In this document: positions 37,720 to 47,488 of the stretch, in pieces
Numbering within the stretch: position 1 is the first letter of the stretch
Layout of the letters: every line of letters begins with the position of its first letter
NCBI GenBank assembly: GCA_045606105.1
Contig: JAZURI010000009.1
Coordinates: forward strand, 157 to 64,156
Length of the DNA stretch: 64,000 bases
Reading direction: 5' to 3'
From: Spirochaetia bacterium
Lineage (GTDB): Bacteria > Spirochaetota > Spirochaetia > CADAEX01
Notes under the pieces: generated by a model
The model's database searches: none
Seen by the model: the letters and a program-made list of their open reading frames with translations, nothing else
What the model was told of the DNA's origin: nothing
Made by a program: the position numbers and the translations under genes

Positions 37720-38262
37720 CTACCATTTGTAATTTACTACAGGCGGATAGGCATGTGCCACTGTTGATGACAGGAGCAGACCTCCGACTGTTCCAACTGC
37801 ATTCTGCAGTATGTTCATAGGGATTTCCACCGCAGCGGCTGCTGCACCGACCATAATGCTTCCGGCAAGAAAATACCCTCCTGCCATTATAACAGTTCCT
37901 GCCAGGAATGCAAGGAATCTTGATAAAATCAGAGAAAATCTGTTCTCTCTGCGGAAAAACAGGACGATATATCCTACTGCCAGTCCCTGGAGTCCGTGAA
38001 TGAGAAACGAAAACGGTGCCCACTGTGAATATCCGCTGACTATATCTGCCATGGCTGTTCCCAGACCTCCCGCAATGAATGCCGAAAAAGGTCCGAACGT
38101 AAGGGCTGAAAAAAAGATAGCCATATCTCCGAGATTAAGGTAGCCCCTTGTCGGTCCTACCGGAATCCTTACCACAAGTGTCATGACCGCAACTACGGCT
38201 GTAAGTATTGCTGCAGAAGCAATTTTGAATGCAAGTGATCTTGTTCCCGATTCTTTTTCCAT
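37720..38262 (-). CDS. ECF transporter substrate-specific (S) component
   Basis: About 180-aa, six-TM hydrophobic protein. Start set at MEKESG, just after the EcfT stop. Confidence 0.55.
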   Translation of the reverse strand: MEKESGTRSLAFKIASAAILTAVVAVMTLVVRIPVGPTRGYLNLGDMAIFFSALTFGPFSAFIAGGLGTAMADIVSGYSQWAPFSFLIHGLQGLAVGYIVLFFRRENRFSLILSRFLAFLAGTVIMAGGYFLAGSIMVGAAAAAVEIPMNILQNAVGTVGGLLLSSTVAHAYPPVVNYKW

Positions 38263-38282
38263 AAACGTTACCTCTTTAAACT

Positions 38283-38990
38283 TTATAAATATATTAACAC
38301 AATAATAATAAAAAGTATTCCGGAAAAAAACAATACTGTCTGTCTTGTTATGGAGCATCTGAGGGTAATCTGTCTGAAGCAGGTTGGCTTTACCGCATTG
38401 TTGAGACCTCTGGTTTCAAGCGCCATGGCCAGAACCGGTATATTCTTTATGGCCTGGACAAGCACCGATGTAAGGACAGGAAGCATTGCCTTTACCTTTG
38501 CAAATATGTTCCATTTTCCCGGTTCCGGGGTAATATCGGTTTTTCTCAGTCTGTGGGCTGCCTCTGCATTTTTATGGGCCCGCAGCAGAAACGGGATATA
38601 TCTCGATGCAATTGATATTATCAGTGCAAACCTGAAGGGAATTCCGAAAAAACGGAGGGTCAGTATAAAATCATCCGAGGTGGTGGTCCGGAAATAGAGA
38701 TAGAAAAGGAGGGTTATTCCGGTGAATCTGAAAAGGATTCTGACGGTTTCGCTTATTCCCAGGAAGAGGGGGGACATAAGGGCTGTAAGAAGCAGTATGG
38801 GAAAAATAATCCGGAGAGCCGCAACCATGTTCCTGAACCCGCATGTGTATACGGTAAGCAGGGCTGAAGCGGCGGCAAGGACTCCGTATCCGGCCGGTGA
38901 GGCAGGGGCGAAAAAGGAGGCTGTGCACAGAAGCAGCATCACAAGCTTCAGCCTTGGGTCGGCAGCAAAAAGGAAGGAATTCTTTCTCAT
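38283..38990 (-). CDS. ecfT: ECF transporter transmembrane (T) component EcfT
   Basis: Polytopic, with the conserved Ala-Arg-Gly-like coupling region (ASRYIPFLLRAHKNAEAAHRLR). Confidence 0.7.
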   Translation of the reverse strand: MRKNSFLFAADPRLKLVMLLLCTASFFAPASPAGYGVLAAASALLTVYTCGFRNMVAALRIIFPILLLTALMSPLFLGISETVRILFRFTGITLLFYLYFRTTTSDDFILTLRFFGIPFRFALIISIASRYIPFLLRAHKNAEAAHRLRKTDITPEPGKWNIFAKVKAMLPVLTSVLVQAIKNIPVLAMALETRGLNNAVKPTCFRQITLRCSITRQTVLFFSGILFIIIVLIYL

Positions 38991-40387
38991 AGACCCAGCT
39001 CCGGCGGAATATCGGCAAATCTGCCGTTTTTCATATAATAGATGTAATCGGCAAAGGTGGATGCCAGCCTCAGATCATGGGTTATGACCAGTATGGCCGG
39101 AGCTGCGGCGGAGCTTCTGAGATTCTCCAGCATCTGACGGAACTCCCGGAAGGATACTCCCGAATCGGCTTCGTCAATTATCACTATCTCCTTGTTCAGA
39201 AGAAAATAGACTGCAGCCTGGAGCTTTTTTCTTTCTCCGTAGCTCATGAGCGAAGGTGGTGCACCGGGATATCTGATACCGAACAGCTCGGCCGCCCTGT
39301 CACAGCGCAGCTTTATTTCCTCCTCCGGAAGCTTCATGAGCTTCAGGCCGTAGGCCAGCTCCTCCCGTGCCGTAGGGAGAAAGAACTGACAGTCCGGGTT
39401 CTGGAAAAGATAGGAGGTGCTTCTGTTCAGAAGTGAAGCCTCTGCTTTCCTTCCGTTCAGGAGGAGCTCTCCGGAGTCGGGAGTTATCAGTCCGGCCGCA
39501 ATTCTGGAAAGGGTGGATTTGCCGCATCCGTTGGTTCCGATAAGGGCGGTTATTCTCCCTTTCTCAAGGAAAAAGCTTTCTGCCTCCAGAGTGAATTCGG
39601 ATTCCGGATAGGTGTAGCTTATGTTTTTCATCTCCAGGATATACTGTGTCCCGGGATTTCTTTCCTTCCGCTCCTTGGGTGGGATATCGGGCAGAAAGCC
39701 CTTTTCTCCCAGGGCTGCCTTAAGCCGGCTGTCCTGAGGGTCGTCATACCTGTCCAGAACTCCCTTGTGATATACGAAAAAACAGTTGCCGTATTCCAGA
39801 TACAGATCCGGCAGCTTTGAGGTAAAGATAAGAATGCTTTTCCCTCTTCTTGAGAGAAAGTCCAGTATTTCCCTTTTGCCGAAGATGTCAATCTCCTCCA
39901 GGGGCTCATCCAGTATCCACAGGGATGGGTCGGTGCAGCAGAGGGCGGCCAGCATGAGCCGTCTCTTTTCTCCGCCCGAAAATCCGGCCGGATTATTGTA
40001 CCTCAGGTGGGAAATGCCTGTAAGTTCCAGTGCCTCCGTTATTTTTTTCTCTATGATTTCCGGCTCGGTGCCCCTGCATTCCAGAGGAAAGGCCAGTTCC
40101 TTCTCGGCGGTGTCGCAGAAGATCTGCTCATCCGGGTCCTGGAATACTATCCCCGCTTCCCCGTTTATCTTCACGGTGCCGGAAAGGTCTCCGCCGGTAT
40201 AGGCCGGTACCAGGGAGGCAAGTATGCGGGATAATGTGGTTTTGCCCGAGCCGGGCAGAGCCAGGAAAAAGGATATCTTTCCTTCCGGTATGTCAAATGA
40301 GATATTGTCGAAAAGCTGTTCTCCTTCAAGGCCGGGATAGGAGCGGTATCTGAAGGAAAGATTTCTTACTGAGCAGGATTCTGACAT
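38987..40387 (-). CDS. ecfA: ECF transporter ATPase, fused tandem A/A' subunits
   Basis: Two ABC domains: GSGKTTL and GCGKSTL Walker A motifs, two LSGGEKRR-like signatures, two Walker B motifs. Confidence 0.85.
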   Translation of the reverse strand: MSESCSVRNLSFRYRSYPGLEGEQLFDNISFDIPEGKISFFLALPGSGKTTLSRILASLVPAYTGGDLSGTVKINGEAGIVFQDPDEQIFCDTAEKELAFPLECRGTEPEIIEKKITEALELTGISHLRYNNPAGFSGGEKRRLMLAALCCTDPSLWILDEPLEEIDIFGKREILDFLSRRGKSILIFTSKLPDLYLEYGNCFFVYHKGVLDRYDDPQDSRLKAALGEKGFLPDIPPKERKERNPGTQYILEMKNISYTYPESEFTLEAESFFLEKGRITALIGTNGCGKSTLSRIAAGLITPDSGELLLNGRKAEASLLNRSTSYLFQNPDCQFFLPTAREELAYGLKLMKLPEEEIKLRCDRAAELFGIRYPGAPPSLMSYGERKKLQAAVYFLLNKEIVIIDEADSGVSFREFRQMLENLRSSAAAPAILVITHDLRLASTFADYIYYMKNGRFADIPPELGL

Positions 40388-40869
40388 TTCAGGCTTTGTT
40401 CCATGAGGTTTACAACATCACCGAAGGTCTTTTCGTTTTTATCGTTGATCTTCATCAGACATTTATGGGCATCCAGCATCATCAGGGTCCTGTCCTTCTT
40501 CTCAAATCCGGAAGGATCTATGATACAGCTTTCACCGTCAGGCTCAGGTCTGGTTTTTTCCAGGTTGAAAATCTCGTCAAAGCCTACGCTTTCAAGGGTG
40601 CGGTTCACATCGTCGGAGATGGAATGGATGGTGGTCTTGCTGCCGTTCCTGTCCAGCATGAATTCCGCTATCTTTGCCAGGAAACCCAGGTTTGTACTGT
40701 CGAGAAAATCAGCTTCCGTAAGATCAATGACAATTTTTTCTATATCGCCTGCAGATGCAAAGAAACTGTCAAGAAATGAATCGAAATGTCCGCAGGTGGT
40801 GTATTTAAGTGTTCCGGTAAGCTTGAAAATAACCTTGTTTCCGTCTTTTGCAAAAAAATATTCACCCAT
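40366..40869 (-). CDS. STAS-domain anti-sigma-factor antagonist-like protein with a C-terminal extension
   Basis: SpoIIAA-like fold signature FLDSTNLGFL. 167 aa. Confidence 0.55.
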   Translation of the reverse strand: MGEYFFAKDGNKVIFKLTGTLKYTTCGHFDSFLDSFFASAGDIEKIVIDLTEADFLDSTNLGFLAKIAEFMLDRNGSKTTIHSISDDVNRTLESVGFDEIFNLEKTRPEPDGESCIIDPSGFEKKDRTLMMLDAHKCLMKINDKNEKTFGDVVNLMEQSLKCQNPAQ

Positions 40870-40906
40870 CTTTATACCCTATTAGATAATTATATCATAA
40901 AAGGTT

Positions 40907-42295
40907 TTAATCTGCAACTTTTTTTATGAGCATGAAGGTAATATCGTCGGGAAGGTTTTCTTTATTATTCAGATCCAGTTTTTCTATGATGTTTTCCAGG
41001 GAATCATGCTCCTTGCTGACAAGCTCAAGCATGTAGTCCGATTTTTCCGAAACGCTTCTGTTTTCCAGAATGTCCAGGAATCCGTCTGATGCAAAGAACA
41101 TTGAAAAGCTGTCCGGAAGAGGGGTTTCTCCCTGCCTGAATACGGGATTTCTGAAAAGTCCTACCGGTGTTCCCTTGTCCTCAATATAAAAGGCCTTGGT
41201 GCCGTCGTATACGGCAGGGAACGGAAACTGACCGCAGTTGGCATATTTCATGGTGTTGGTTTCGGTGTCTATGATACCGTAGAATATGGTCATGTACTTG
41301 CCCAGGTTCTCCCGCTTCAGGTTGCTGTTGAGTCTGCGGCATATTTCCACCGGATCAAGTATGGTCAGGTCGTTCCTGAGGCTGTATTTCTCCAGTCTGT
41401 TGTCTATGAAATTCTTCAGAAGCACGGTAACAATGGCTGATGAGACGCCGTGTCCCGATACGTCAGCCATGTAGAAGCCGATATACCTGTTCCCGATCTC
41501 GAAGTAATCCACGAAATCCCCGCTGAGGGTGAGGGACGGAAAAAGCTTTCTTGAAAAGTTGTAGCTTCCTATGGTTTTTTCCTGGTCCGGGAGAATCCTG
41601 AACTGCATCTTTTTCCCCGCATCCTGGTCTGACTGAAGGATTTCCAGGGCATCGCTGAGCTTCCTGTTGGTTTCTTTCAGTTCCGCAACCCGTTCGGCCA
41701 CCATCTGTTCCAGCTCATTGTTCATGTTCCTCATGGCCATGATATATTCGTAGTTCCTGAATGCCACTATGACACAGGTAATGAGCTTCTGTGCCGACAT
41801 TTCAGTCTTTTCCTTGTAATCGTTTATGTCGTAGGAGATGATTACTTCCTGCTCAGGTGCATATCCCGGCTGTCCTGTCCTGAGAATAATCCTGATGTCG
41901 GAATTGTTCATGATGTTGCGGATATACTCCACCAGACGGAGTCCTGCGTCGTCCTCCTCCATAACCACATCCACCAGCGCCAGACAGATGTCCGGGTTCT
42001 CGGCCAGTACCTTCTTGGCCTCCAGTGCAGAGTATGCGTTGTAGAATTTTATCTTTTTTCCTTTGAAGACAACTCCCCTGAGTACAAGCTCCGTAACGGT
42101 ATGGACCTGTGGCTCGTCATCCACCACCATGACTTTCCAGAAGTCCTCCTGTGAGTCTTCAAGGTTTTCCGGGGCTGCTTCCGTTTCTTCGTCCCGGAAC
42201 TGGATTTCATCCGCAAAAATCAGTTCATCGTCCTGAGGGTTCACCTGTATATCTCCGTAGAAAAAAATTATAATATCCCATTTTTCATAAGTCAA
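40907..42295 (-). CDS. Response-regulator receiver fused to a PP2C/SpoIIE-type Ser/Thr phosphatase (RsbU-like)
   Basis: REC domain VMVVDDEPQ...ALVDVVMEEDDAG. C-terminal PP2C motifs GDFVDY and ADVSGHG. Confidence 0.75.
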   Translation of the reverse strand: MTYEKWDIIIFFYGDIQVNPQDDELIFADEIQFRDEETEAAPENLEDSQEDFWKVMVVDDEPQVHTVTELVLRGVVFKGKKIKFYNAYSALEAKKVLAENPDICLALVDVVMEEDDAGLRLVEYIRNIMNNSDIRIILRTGQPGYAPEQEVIISYDINDYKEKTEMSAQKLITCVIVAFRNYEYIMAMRNMNNELEQMVAERVAELKETNRKLSDALEILQSDQDAGKKMQFRILPDQEKTIGSYNFSRKLFPSLTLSGDFVDYFEIGNRYIGFYMADVSGHGVSSAIVTVLLKNFIDNRLEKYSLRNDLTILDPVEICRRLNSNLKRENLGKYMTIFYGIIDTETNTMKYANCGQFPFPAVYDGTKAFYIEDKGTPVGLFRNPVFRQGETPLPDSFSMFFASDGFLDILENRSVSEKSDYMLELVSKEHDSLENIIEKLDLNNKENLPDDITFMLIKKVAD

Positions 42296-42378
42296 GTAAA
42301 ATCAGTTGGGTTATATTATGGTTGACACAAAGGCCCTTTTTTGGATATAAAATATAATCTTAGGAATATAATATAAAA

Positions 42379-43707
42379 ATGCTGGACGGAATTTCTAACA
42401 AATTTAGTGACTTGATAAAAAGAATCTCAGGCAAATCCTCCATTACCGAAAAGAATGTTCAGGATGCCGTAGAAGAGATTAAGATTGCTCTCCTTGATGC
42501 AGACGTAAACCTCCGTGTTGTACGCCGTTTCATCAATTCCACATTGGAAGAGGCAGTAGGTGAGAAGGTTCTCAAATCTGTTAACCCGGGTCAGCAGTTC
42601 ACCAAGATCGTCTATGACAAGATGGTATCCTTTCTGGGAGACGAGAAACAGGGTCTCCAGCTGAAGGGTCCGGATACGGTTTCAGGTATCCTCATGCTGG
42701 GGCTCCAGGGTTCCGGTAAGACAACAGCATCGGCAAAGCTTGCCAACAGGCTGAAGAACGAGGGAAGAAAGGTTCTCCTTGTTGCTGCAGACCTTGTAAG
42801 ACCTGCGGCGGTTGAACAGCTGAAGGTTCTGGGAAGCCAGATCGGTGTGGAGGTATACAGCGAGGAAACAAAAAATCCGGTGGCAGTGGTAAAGAATGCC
42901 CTTGCCTATGCAAGAAAGAACCAGTTCAGTGTTCTTATTGCCGATACCTCAGGTCGTCTCCATCTTGATGATGATATGATGAAGGAGCTGGAATCCATAA
43001 GAAAGGTTCTGGACCCTGTTGAGGCTCTTCTGGTTGCCGATGCCATGACAGGTCAGCATGCAGTTGACATTGCCAAGGAATTCAATGAAAGAATCGGTAT
43101 CAGCGGTATTATCCTCAGCAAGTTCGACTCAGATACCAGGGGCGGTGCCGCACTTTCACTCAAGACCATTACCGGAAAGCCTATAAAGTTCATAGGTACC
43201 GGAGAAAAAATACAGGATCTGGATGCATTCTATCCGGATCGTATCGCATCAAGAATCCTGGGAATGGGAGATATTGTTTCCTTCGTTGAAAAGGCTCAGG
43301 AGACGGTGGATGCGGCAGAGGCTGCAAAGCTTCAGGAAAAAATAGAAAAAGCTTCCTTTACATTGGAGGATTATCTGGAGCAGTTCGGAAGAATCCGCAA
43401 GATGGGCAGTCTTAAATCGGTGGTTGACATGCTTCCGGGGCTCAAGGGCAACATCGATGAAGACAAGCTGGATGACAGGGAGATGAAAAGGGAAGAGGCC
43501 ATGATTCTTTCCATGACAAAGATGGAAAGGCAGAATCATCGTATCATCGGTCCTTCAAGAAGGAAGAGAATTGCCAAGGGAAGCGGTGTTTCCGTGGCCG
43601 AGGTAAACAGTTTCCTTAAAAAATTTGATAAAACAAGGCTTATGATGAAAAAAGTCTCAAAAAATAAAAAATATCAAGCTGATCTGATGTCCAGGTTCGG
43701 TGGTTAA
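42379..43707 (+). CDS. ffh: Signal recognition particle protein Ffh
   Basis: NG domain with GLQGSGKTT, a C-terminal Met-rich M domain, and conserved ffh-rpsP-rimM-trmD-rplS synteny. Confidence 0.95.
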   Translation: MLDGISNKFSDLIKRISGKSSITEKNVQDAVEEIKIALLDADVNLRVVRRFINSTLEEAVGEKVLKSVNPGQQFTKIVYDKMVSFLGDEKQGLQLKGPDTVSGILMLGLQGSGKTTASAKLANRLKNEGRKVLLVAADLVRPAAVEQLKVLGSQIGVEVYSEETKNPVAVVKNALAYARKNQFSVLIADTSGRLHLDDDMMKELESIRKVLDPVEALLVADAMTGQHAVDIAKEFNERIGISGIILSKFDSDTRGGAALSLKTITGKPIKFIGTGEKIQDLDAFYPDRIASRILGMGDIVSFVEKAQETVDAAEAAKLQEKIEKASFTLEDYLEQFGRIRKMGSLKSVVDMLPGLKGNIDEDKLDDREMKREEAMILSMTKMERQNHRIIGPSRRKRIAKGSGVSVAEVNSFLKKFDKTRLMMKKVSKNKKYQADLMSRFGG

Positions 43708-43731
43708 GACAGCTTGCAGGAGGAAGTTGAA

Positions 43732-43980
43732 GTGAGCGTAAAAATCAGACTTAAACGTTTTGGAACAAAGAAAAGAGTTTACTACAGATTGGTTGTTATC
43801 GATTCAAGAGCACCAAGAGACGGAAAAACTATTGAAGAAGTAGGACAGTATCGTCCGGTTGAACCTGAAAATCAGGTAACACTTGATGCAGAAAGAATCA
43901 AGGAATGGATTGCAAAGGGTGCTTTGCCAAGTCAGACAGTTAAGAAACTCCTTAACAAGCAGAATATTGCTGTAAAATAA
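43732..43980 (+). CDS. rpsP: 30S ribosomal protein S16
   Basis: GTG start after an AGGAGG RBS. VSVKIRLKRFG matches the S16 N-terminus. Confidence 0.9.
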   Translation: MSVKIRLKRFGTKKRVYYRLVVIDSRAPRDGKTIEEVGQYRPVEPENQVTLDAERIKEWIAKGALPSQTVKKLLNKQNIAVK

Positions 43981-43992
43981 TCGGAGTAACCA

Positions 43993-44232
43993 ATGACTTT
44001 GGAAAAGGATCTTGTAGAATATATCGCAAAATCTCTCGTGGATGATCCTGAAAATGTTAATGTGAATATCATCGAAGGGGAAAAATCCACTATTCTCGAG
44101 CTCAAAGTTTCACAGGAAGATATCGGAAAGGTTATCGGAAAACATGGCAGAATCGCAAAGGCTGTAAGAACAGTTCTCAGCGCAGCTGCTTCAAAGAGCG
44201 GAAAGAGGGTGGTTCTGGAAATTCTCGATTGA
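43993..44232 (+). CDS. KH-domain RNA-binding protein (YlqC family)
   Basis: VIGKHGRIAKAVRTV contains the GxxG KH motif. Conserved position between rpsP and rimM. Confidence 0.85.
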   Translation: MTLEKDLVEYIAKSLVDDPENVNVNIIEGEKSTILELKVSQEDIGKVIGKHGRIAKAVRTVLSAAASKSGKRVVLEILD

Positions 44233-44239
44233 GGCAGCC

Positions 44240-44746
44240 GTGGAAAATCAGGAGCTGATAGCAATCGGGTATATTAAGACCTCCTATGGAGTCAGAGGTT
44301 ATTTTAAAGTTGCAAGCTATTCGGGTGAAACGGAGCATTTTTACAGGCTCAGCACCGTGTGGCTGAAACGACAGGGCGTGACCAGACAGTTCGCAGTAGA
44401 AAACGTTACGGAAAAGAGCGGGGATATTCTCCTTAAGCTGAAGGGGATAGATACTCCGGAGGCTGCCAAGATGTTTGCTACATGGGATGTTACGGTACCC
44501 AGGGAATTTGCTTCTCCTCTTCAGGAGGGAGAATTTTATTTTTGTGATTTGTTCGGGAGTACCTTACTCCATGAGGGACAGAAGATGGGCGTTGTTAAAT
44601 CTGTAATAGACAGCGGTGCTTCCCATCTGCTGGAAATCGAATGTGAAAAAGGGATTGTGCTTGTCCCTTTCCTTGACCGTTTTATCGGCGAGGTCGACAT
44701 TCAGGGTAAGACTATCGAACTCAAGGAAACATGGTTTTTTGAATGA
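44240..44746 (+). CDS. rimM: Ribosome maturation factor RimM
   Basis: Synteny plus PRC-barrel-like C-terminus. 168 aa. Confidence 0.85.
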   Translation: MENQELIAIGYIKTSYGVRGYFKVASYSGETEHFYRLSTVWLKRQGVTRQFAVENVTEKSGDILLKLKGIDTPEAAKMFATWDVTVPREFASPLQEGEFYFCDLFGSTLLHEGQKMGVVKSVIDSGASHLLEIECEKGIVLVPFLDRFIGEVDIQGKTIELKETWFFE

Positions 44747-45453
44747 AAATTACAATATTGACCCTGTTTCCCGATATAATTGAGGGGTATTTCAGAAGCT
44801 CCATAATGGCCAAGGCAGTAGAGCGGGGTATCATTTCCTACAAGGTTGTGGATATCAGGGAATTCAGCCAGGATCATTATAAAAGCTGTGATGATTATCC
44901 TTATGGTGGCGGCGCCGGAATGGTGATGAAGCCCGGACCTCTTGCCGGAGCTCTCGATTCCGTGAATGCAAAGGCCATCAGGACTATCTATCCTTCTCCC
45001 GGCGGAAAGGTTTTTAGTCAGAAATATGCATCGGCTCTTGCAGGTGAAGAAGAGCTGGTATTTATCTGCGGGCGGTACGAAGGTATTGACCAACGGATAA
45101 TTGACAGTTATGTTGATGATGAGATCTGTGTGGGAGACTATGTGTTGTCTTCCGGAGAGATTGCATCGCTGGTTATTGTTGATGCTGTTTACAGGCTCCT
45201 GGACGGGGTCATAAGCAGGGAATCCCTGGAGGAGGAGAGCTTTTCCAACGGACTTCTTGAATATCCGCAGTATACCAGACCCGAGGTATTCAGGGATATG
45301 AAGGTACCGGATGTGCTTCTGTCCGGACATCATAGGAATATCAAGGAATGGAGGCTGGCCAAAAGCCTCGAAAAAACAAAAATTAACAGGCCTGATCTTC
45401 TGGGACCTGAGCACATAGGAGGAAATCATAATGGATCTGATCAAAGCAATTGA
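44743..45453 (+). CDS. trmD: tRNA (guanine37-N1)-methyltransferase
   Basis: SPOUT fold motifs [13 protein letters not shown] and synteny. Confidence 0.9.
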   Translation: MKITILTLFPDIIEGYFRSSIMAKAVERGIISYKVVDIREFSQDHYKSCDDYPYGGGAGMVMKPGPLAGALDSVNAKAIRTIYPSPGGKVFSQKYASALAGEEELVFICGRYEGIDQRIIDSYVDDEICVGDYVLSSGEIASLVIVDAVYRLLDGVISRESLEEESFSNGLLEYPQYTRPEVFRDMKVPDVLLSGHHRNIKEWRLAKSLEKTKINRPDLLGPEHIGGNHNGSDQSN

Positions 45454-45787
45454 AGCTGAACAGATTAAAGAAAATGTAGAAACATTCAGAATCGGAGATA
45501 CAGTTAAGGTATATTTCGAGATTATTGAAGGTGCTACAAAAAGAGTACAGATTTTCGAAGGTCTCTGCATTGCAAAAAACAACAGTGGAATCAGAAAGAC
45601 TTTTACAATCAGAAAAATTTCATATGGAGTAGGAGTAGAAAGAGTTTTCCCATTCAGTTCTCCTAGAATCCAGAAAATTGAAATCGTTAAATTCGGTAAG
45701 GTAAGAAGAGCTAAACTTTACTACATCCGCGGAAGAGTCGGAAAAGCAGCAAAGGTTAAAGAGCTCATCAAGAAGAAGGAAAACTGA
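45431..45787 (+). CDS. rplS: 50S ribosomal protein L19
   Basis: FRIGDTVKV...[12 protein letters not shown] is the L19 signature. Confidence 0.9.
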   Translation: MDLIKAIEAEQIKENVETFRIGDTVKVYFEIIEGATKRVQIFEGLCIAKNNSGIRKTFTIRKISYGVGVERVFPFSSPRIQKIEIVKFGKVRRAKLYYIRGRVGKAAKVKELIKKKEN

Positions 45788-45881
45788 TTATTTCAGACCT
45801 TTTTTTAAAAATCAAATTCCTCATCAGCAAATTTGTCCTGGACAGGGCAGATTTGTTGTTTTTATACGATAGCACCGAAAA

Positions 45882-46241
45882 ATGTTGAGTTCTGCGGCAA
45901 AAGGTAAACAGGGAGAAGAGAGGGCGGAGGAGTATCTCAGAGGCCTCGGCTATGTTCCGGTTGCCAGGAATTTCAGGGCATATCAGGGAGAGGTGGACCT
46001 TGTCATGAAAGATGGAAACGATCTGGTTTTCGTCGAGGTGAAGGCCTGGAAAAACATTCCTGAAACTGATCTGGAATACAGTATCGACAGGCGTAAGCAG
46101 GGAAAAATAATCAGGACTGCCGGGGTTTTTATGGAAAGAAACAGAAATATCCGGGAGGGCTGCAATATCCGTTTCGATGTGATATTCATTGACGGCTGCG
46201 GAAAAATTTCCCATCTGAAGGATGTTATCGGGGAATTCTGA
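45882..46241 (+). CDS. yraN: YraN-family (UPF0102) endonuclease
   Basis: GEVDLVMKDGNDLVFVEVK restriction-fold motif, and the conserved position after rplS. Confidence 0.8.
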   Translation: MLSSAAKGKQGEERAEEYLRGLGYVPVARNFRAYQGEVDLVMKDGNDLVFVEVKAWKNIPETDLEYSIDRRKQGKIIRTAGVFMERNRNIREGCNIRFDVIFIDGCGKISHLKDVIGEF

Positions 46242-46266
46242 CTGAAGGAAAACAGGGGGTGCAGAG

Positions 46267-46635
46267 ATGAAAATGAGACGCCGTGACAACAGACAAAGAC
46301 ACAACAACCATAAAGGAAGGGAAATAGGTATCATCTATCCTGAGAAGGAGGAGCTTACCTGTGCCATCTGCGGTGAAATCATAGACAGGACTGCGGAAAG
46401 TCTTTCCATGCCCGATTCCGGAGAGCCTGCCCACTTCGACTGCGTTATCAAGGAGTTCGAAAAAACTGAGGAACTCAGCGACGGTGAGGTGATTGCATAC
46501 CTGGGAAGCGGAAATTTCGGGATCATAAAGAAGAATCGTCAGGCTCCGGCCGGATTTGAAATCCACAAGAAGCTTGATTTTGAAAACAAGGAAAAAATAG
46601 GAGAGTGGAGAAAAAAACTCTCTTACAAGTTATAA
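46267..46635 (+). CDS. Hypothetical small basic protein with a CxxC...HxxC motif
   Basis: 122-aa ORF. CAICGEI...HFDC suggests a zinc-binding site. Confidence 0.4.
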   Translation: MKMRRRDNRQRHNNHKGREIGIIYPEKEELTCAICGEIIDRTAESLSMPDSGEPAHFDCVIKEFEKTEELSDGEVIAYLGSGNFGIIKKNRQAPAGFEIHKKLDFENKEKIGEWRKKLSYKL

Positions 46636-46649
46636 AAATAAAAAAATTG

Positions 46650-46678
46650 TTGACATATAAAATAAATAAAAGTAAAAT
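46650..46678 (+). promoter_or_regulatory. Sigma70-type promoter
   Basis: TTGACA-N17-TAAAAT, 32 bp upstream of the small zinc-ribbon ORF. Confidence 0.55.
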
Positions 46679-46709
46679 AAATCATAATAATTAAATTTTA
46701 TCGGAGTTA

Positions 46710-46922
46710 ATGGAAATGAGTTTCAAAGACGTTATTGCTATTGGTATTCTCGTTGGTATTCTTTCTTTGGTATTCATCTGGAAATGTAAGATGGCTGCCA
46801 GAAATGTAAAATGCAATGCTTGTGGAAAAGTAGTAAACAAGGATGAGTGGGATCACTTTGAACACTGCCCTGACTGCAAACACACAGAATGCACAGCAGT
46901 TACAAAAAACAAGAAAAAATAA
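46710..46922 (+). CDS. Small membrane-anchored zinc-ribbon protein
   Basis: N-terminal TM helix IAIGILVGILSLVFIW then CNACGK...CPDCKHTEC. Followed by a hairpin and T-run terminator. Confidence 0.5.
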   Translation: MEMSFKDVIAIGILVGILSLVFIWKCKMAARNVKCNACGKVVNKDEWDHFEHCPDCKHTECTAVTKNKKK

Positions 46923-46928
46923 TTTTTA

Positions 46929-46968
46929 CTTGTTTCTGAAAGGACCGGTTCTGCCGGTCTTTTTTTTT
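46929..46968 (+). terminator. Rho-independent terminator
   Basis: GGACCGGTTCTGCCGGTC hairpin followed by T10. Confidence 0.6.
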
Positions 46969-46979
46969 GGTTGATATCT

Positions 46980-47486
46980 ATGAAAGTTAATGTTGTTCTG
47001 CTTGAACCCGAAATTCCCCAGAATACGGGAAACATAGCCCGTACCTGTGCCGCCACCGGAGCTTCTCTTCATCTTATCAAGCCTCTGGGTTTTGTACTGG
47101 AGGACAGGTACCTGAAAAGGGCCGGTCTGGATTACTGGCCCCTTACCCACATATCCGTATATGAAAATATAGAAGAATTCTATTCAAAAAACGGAAGGGA
47201 CAACTGTTTTTATGTTACCACGAAAGGGCTGGGAAACTATTCCGAGGTGAATTATCCCGATGAGGTATTCATCTTTTTCGGCAAGGAAACCAGAGGTCTG
47301 CCCGAAGAGCTGCTGGCGGCCAACAAGGAGCGCTGTGTCAGGATTCCCATGGTGGAGGAGGCCCGTTCCCTCAATCTCTCAAATGCAGTTGCCGTAGTGG
47401 TTTACGACATATTCAGACAGCAAGGTTTTAAGGGTCTTAAGCAGCAGGGACAATTGACCCAGTTCAGTTGGAGTGATATAGTTTAA
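46980..47486 (+). CDS. trmL: tRNA (cytidine/uridine-2'-O)-methyltransferase TrmL (SpoU family)
   Basis: [37 protein letters not shown] motif. About 170 aa. Confidence 0.85.
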   Translation: MKVNVVLLEPEIPQNTGNIARTCAATGASLHLIKPLGFVLEDRYLKRAGLDYWPLTHISVYENIEEFYSKNGRDNCFYVTTKGLGNYSEVNYPDEVFIFFGKETRGLPEELLAANKERCVRIPMVEEARSLNLSNAVAVVVYDIFRQQGFKGLKQQGQLTQFSWSDIV

Positions 47487-47488
47487 TT

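Noticed and set aside
45768-46334. 188-aa minus-strand ORF
   Set aside because: Overlaps the plus-strand YraN-family gene, which has the conserved GEVDLV...FVEVK motif and the conserved position after rplS.
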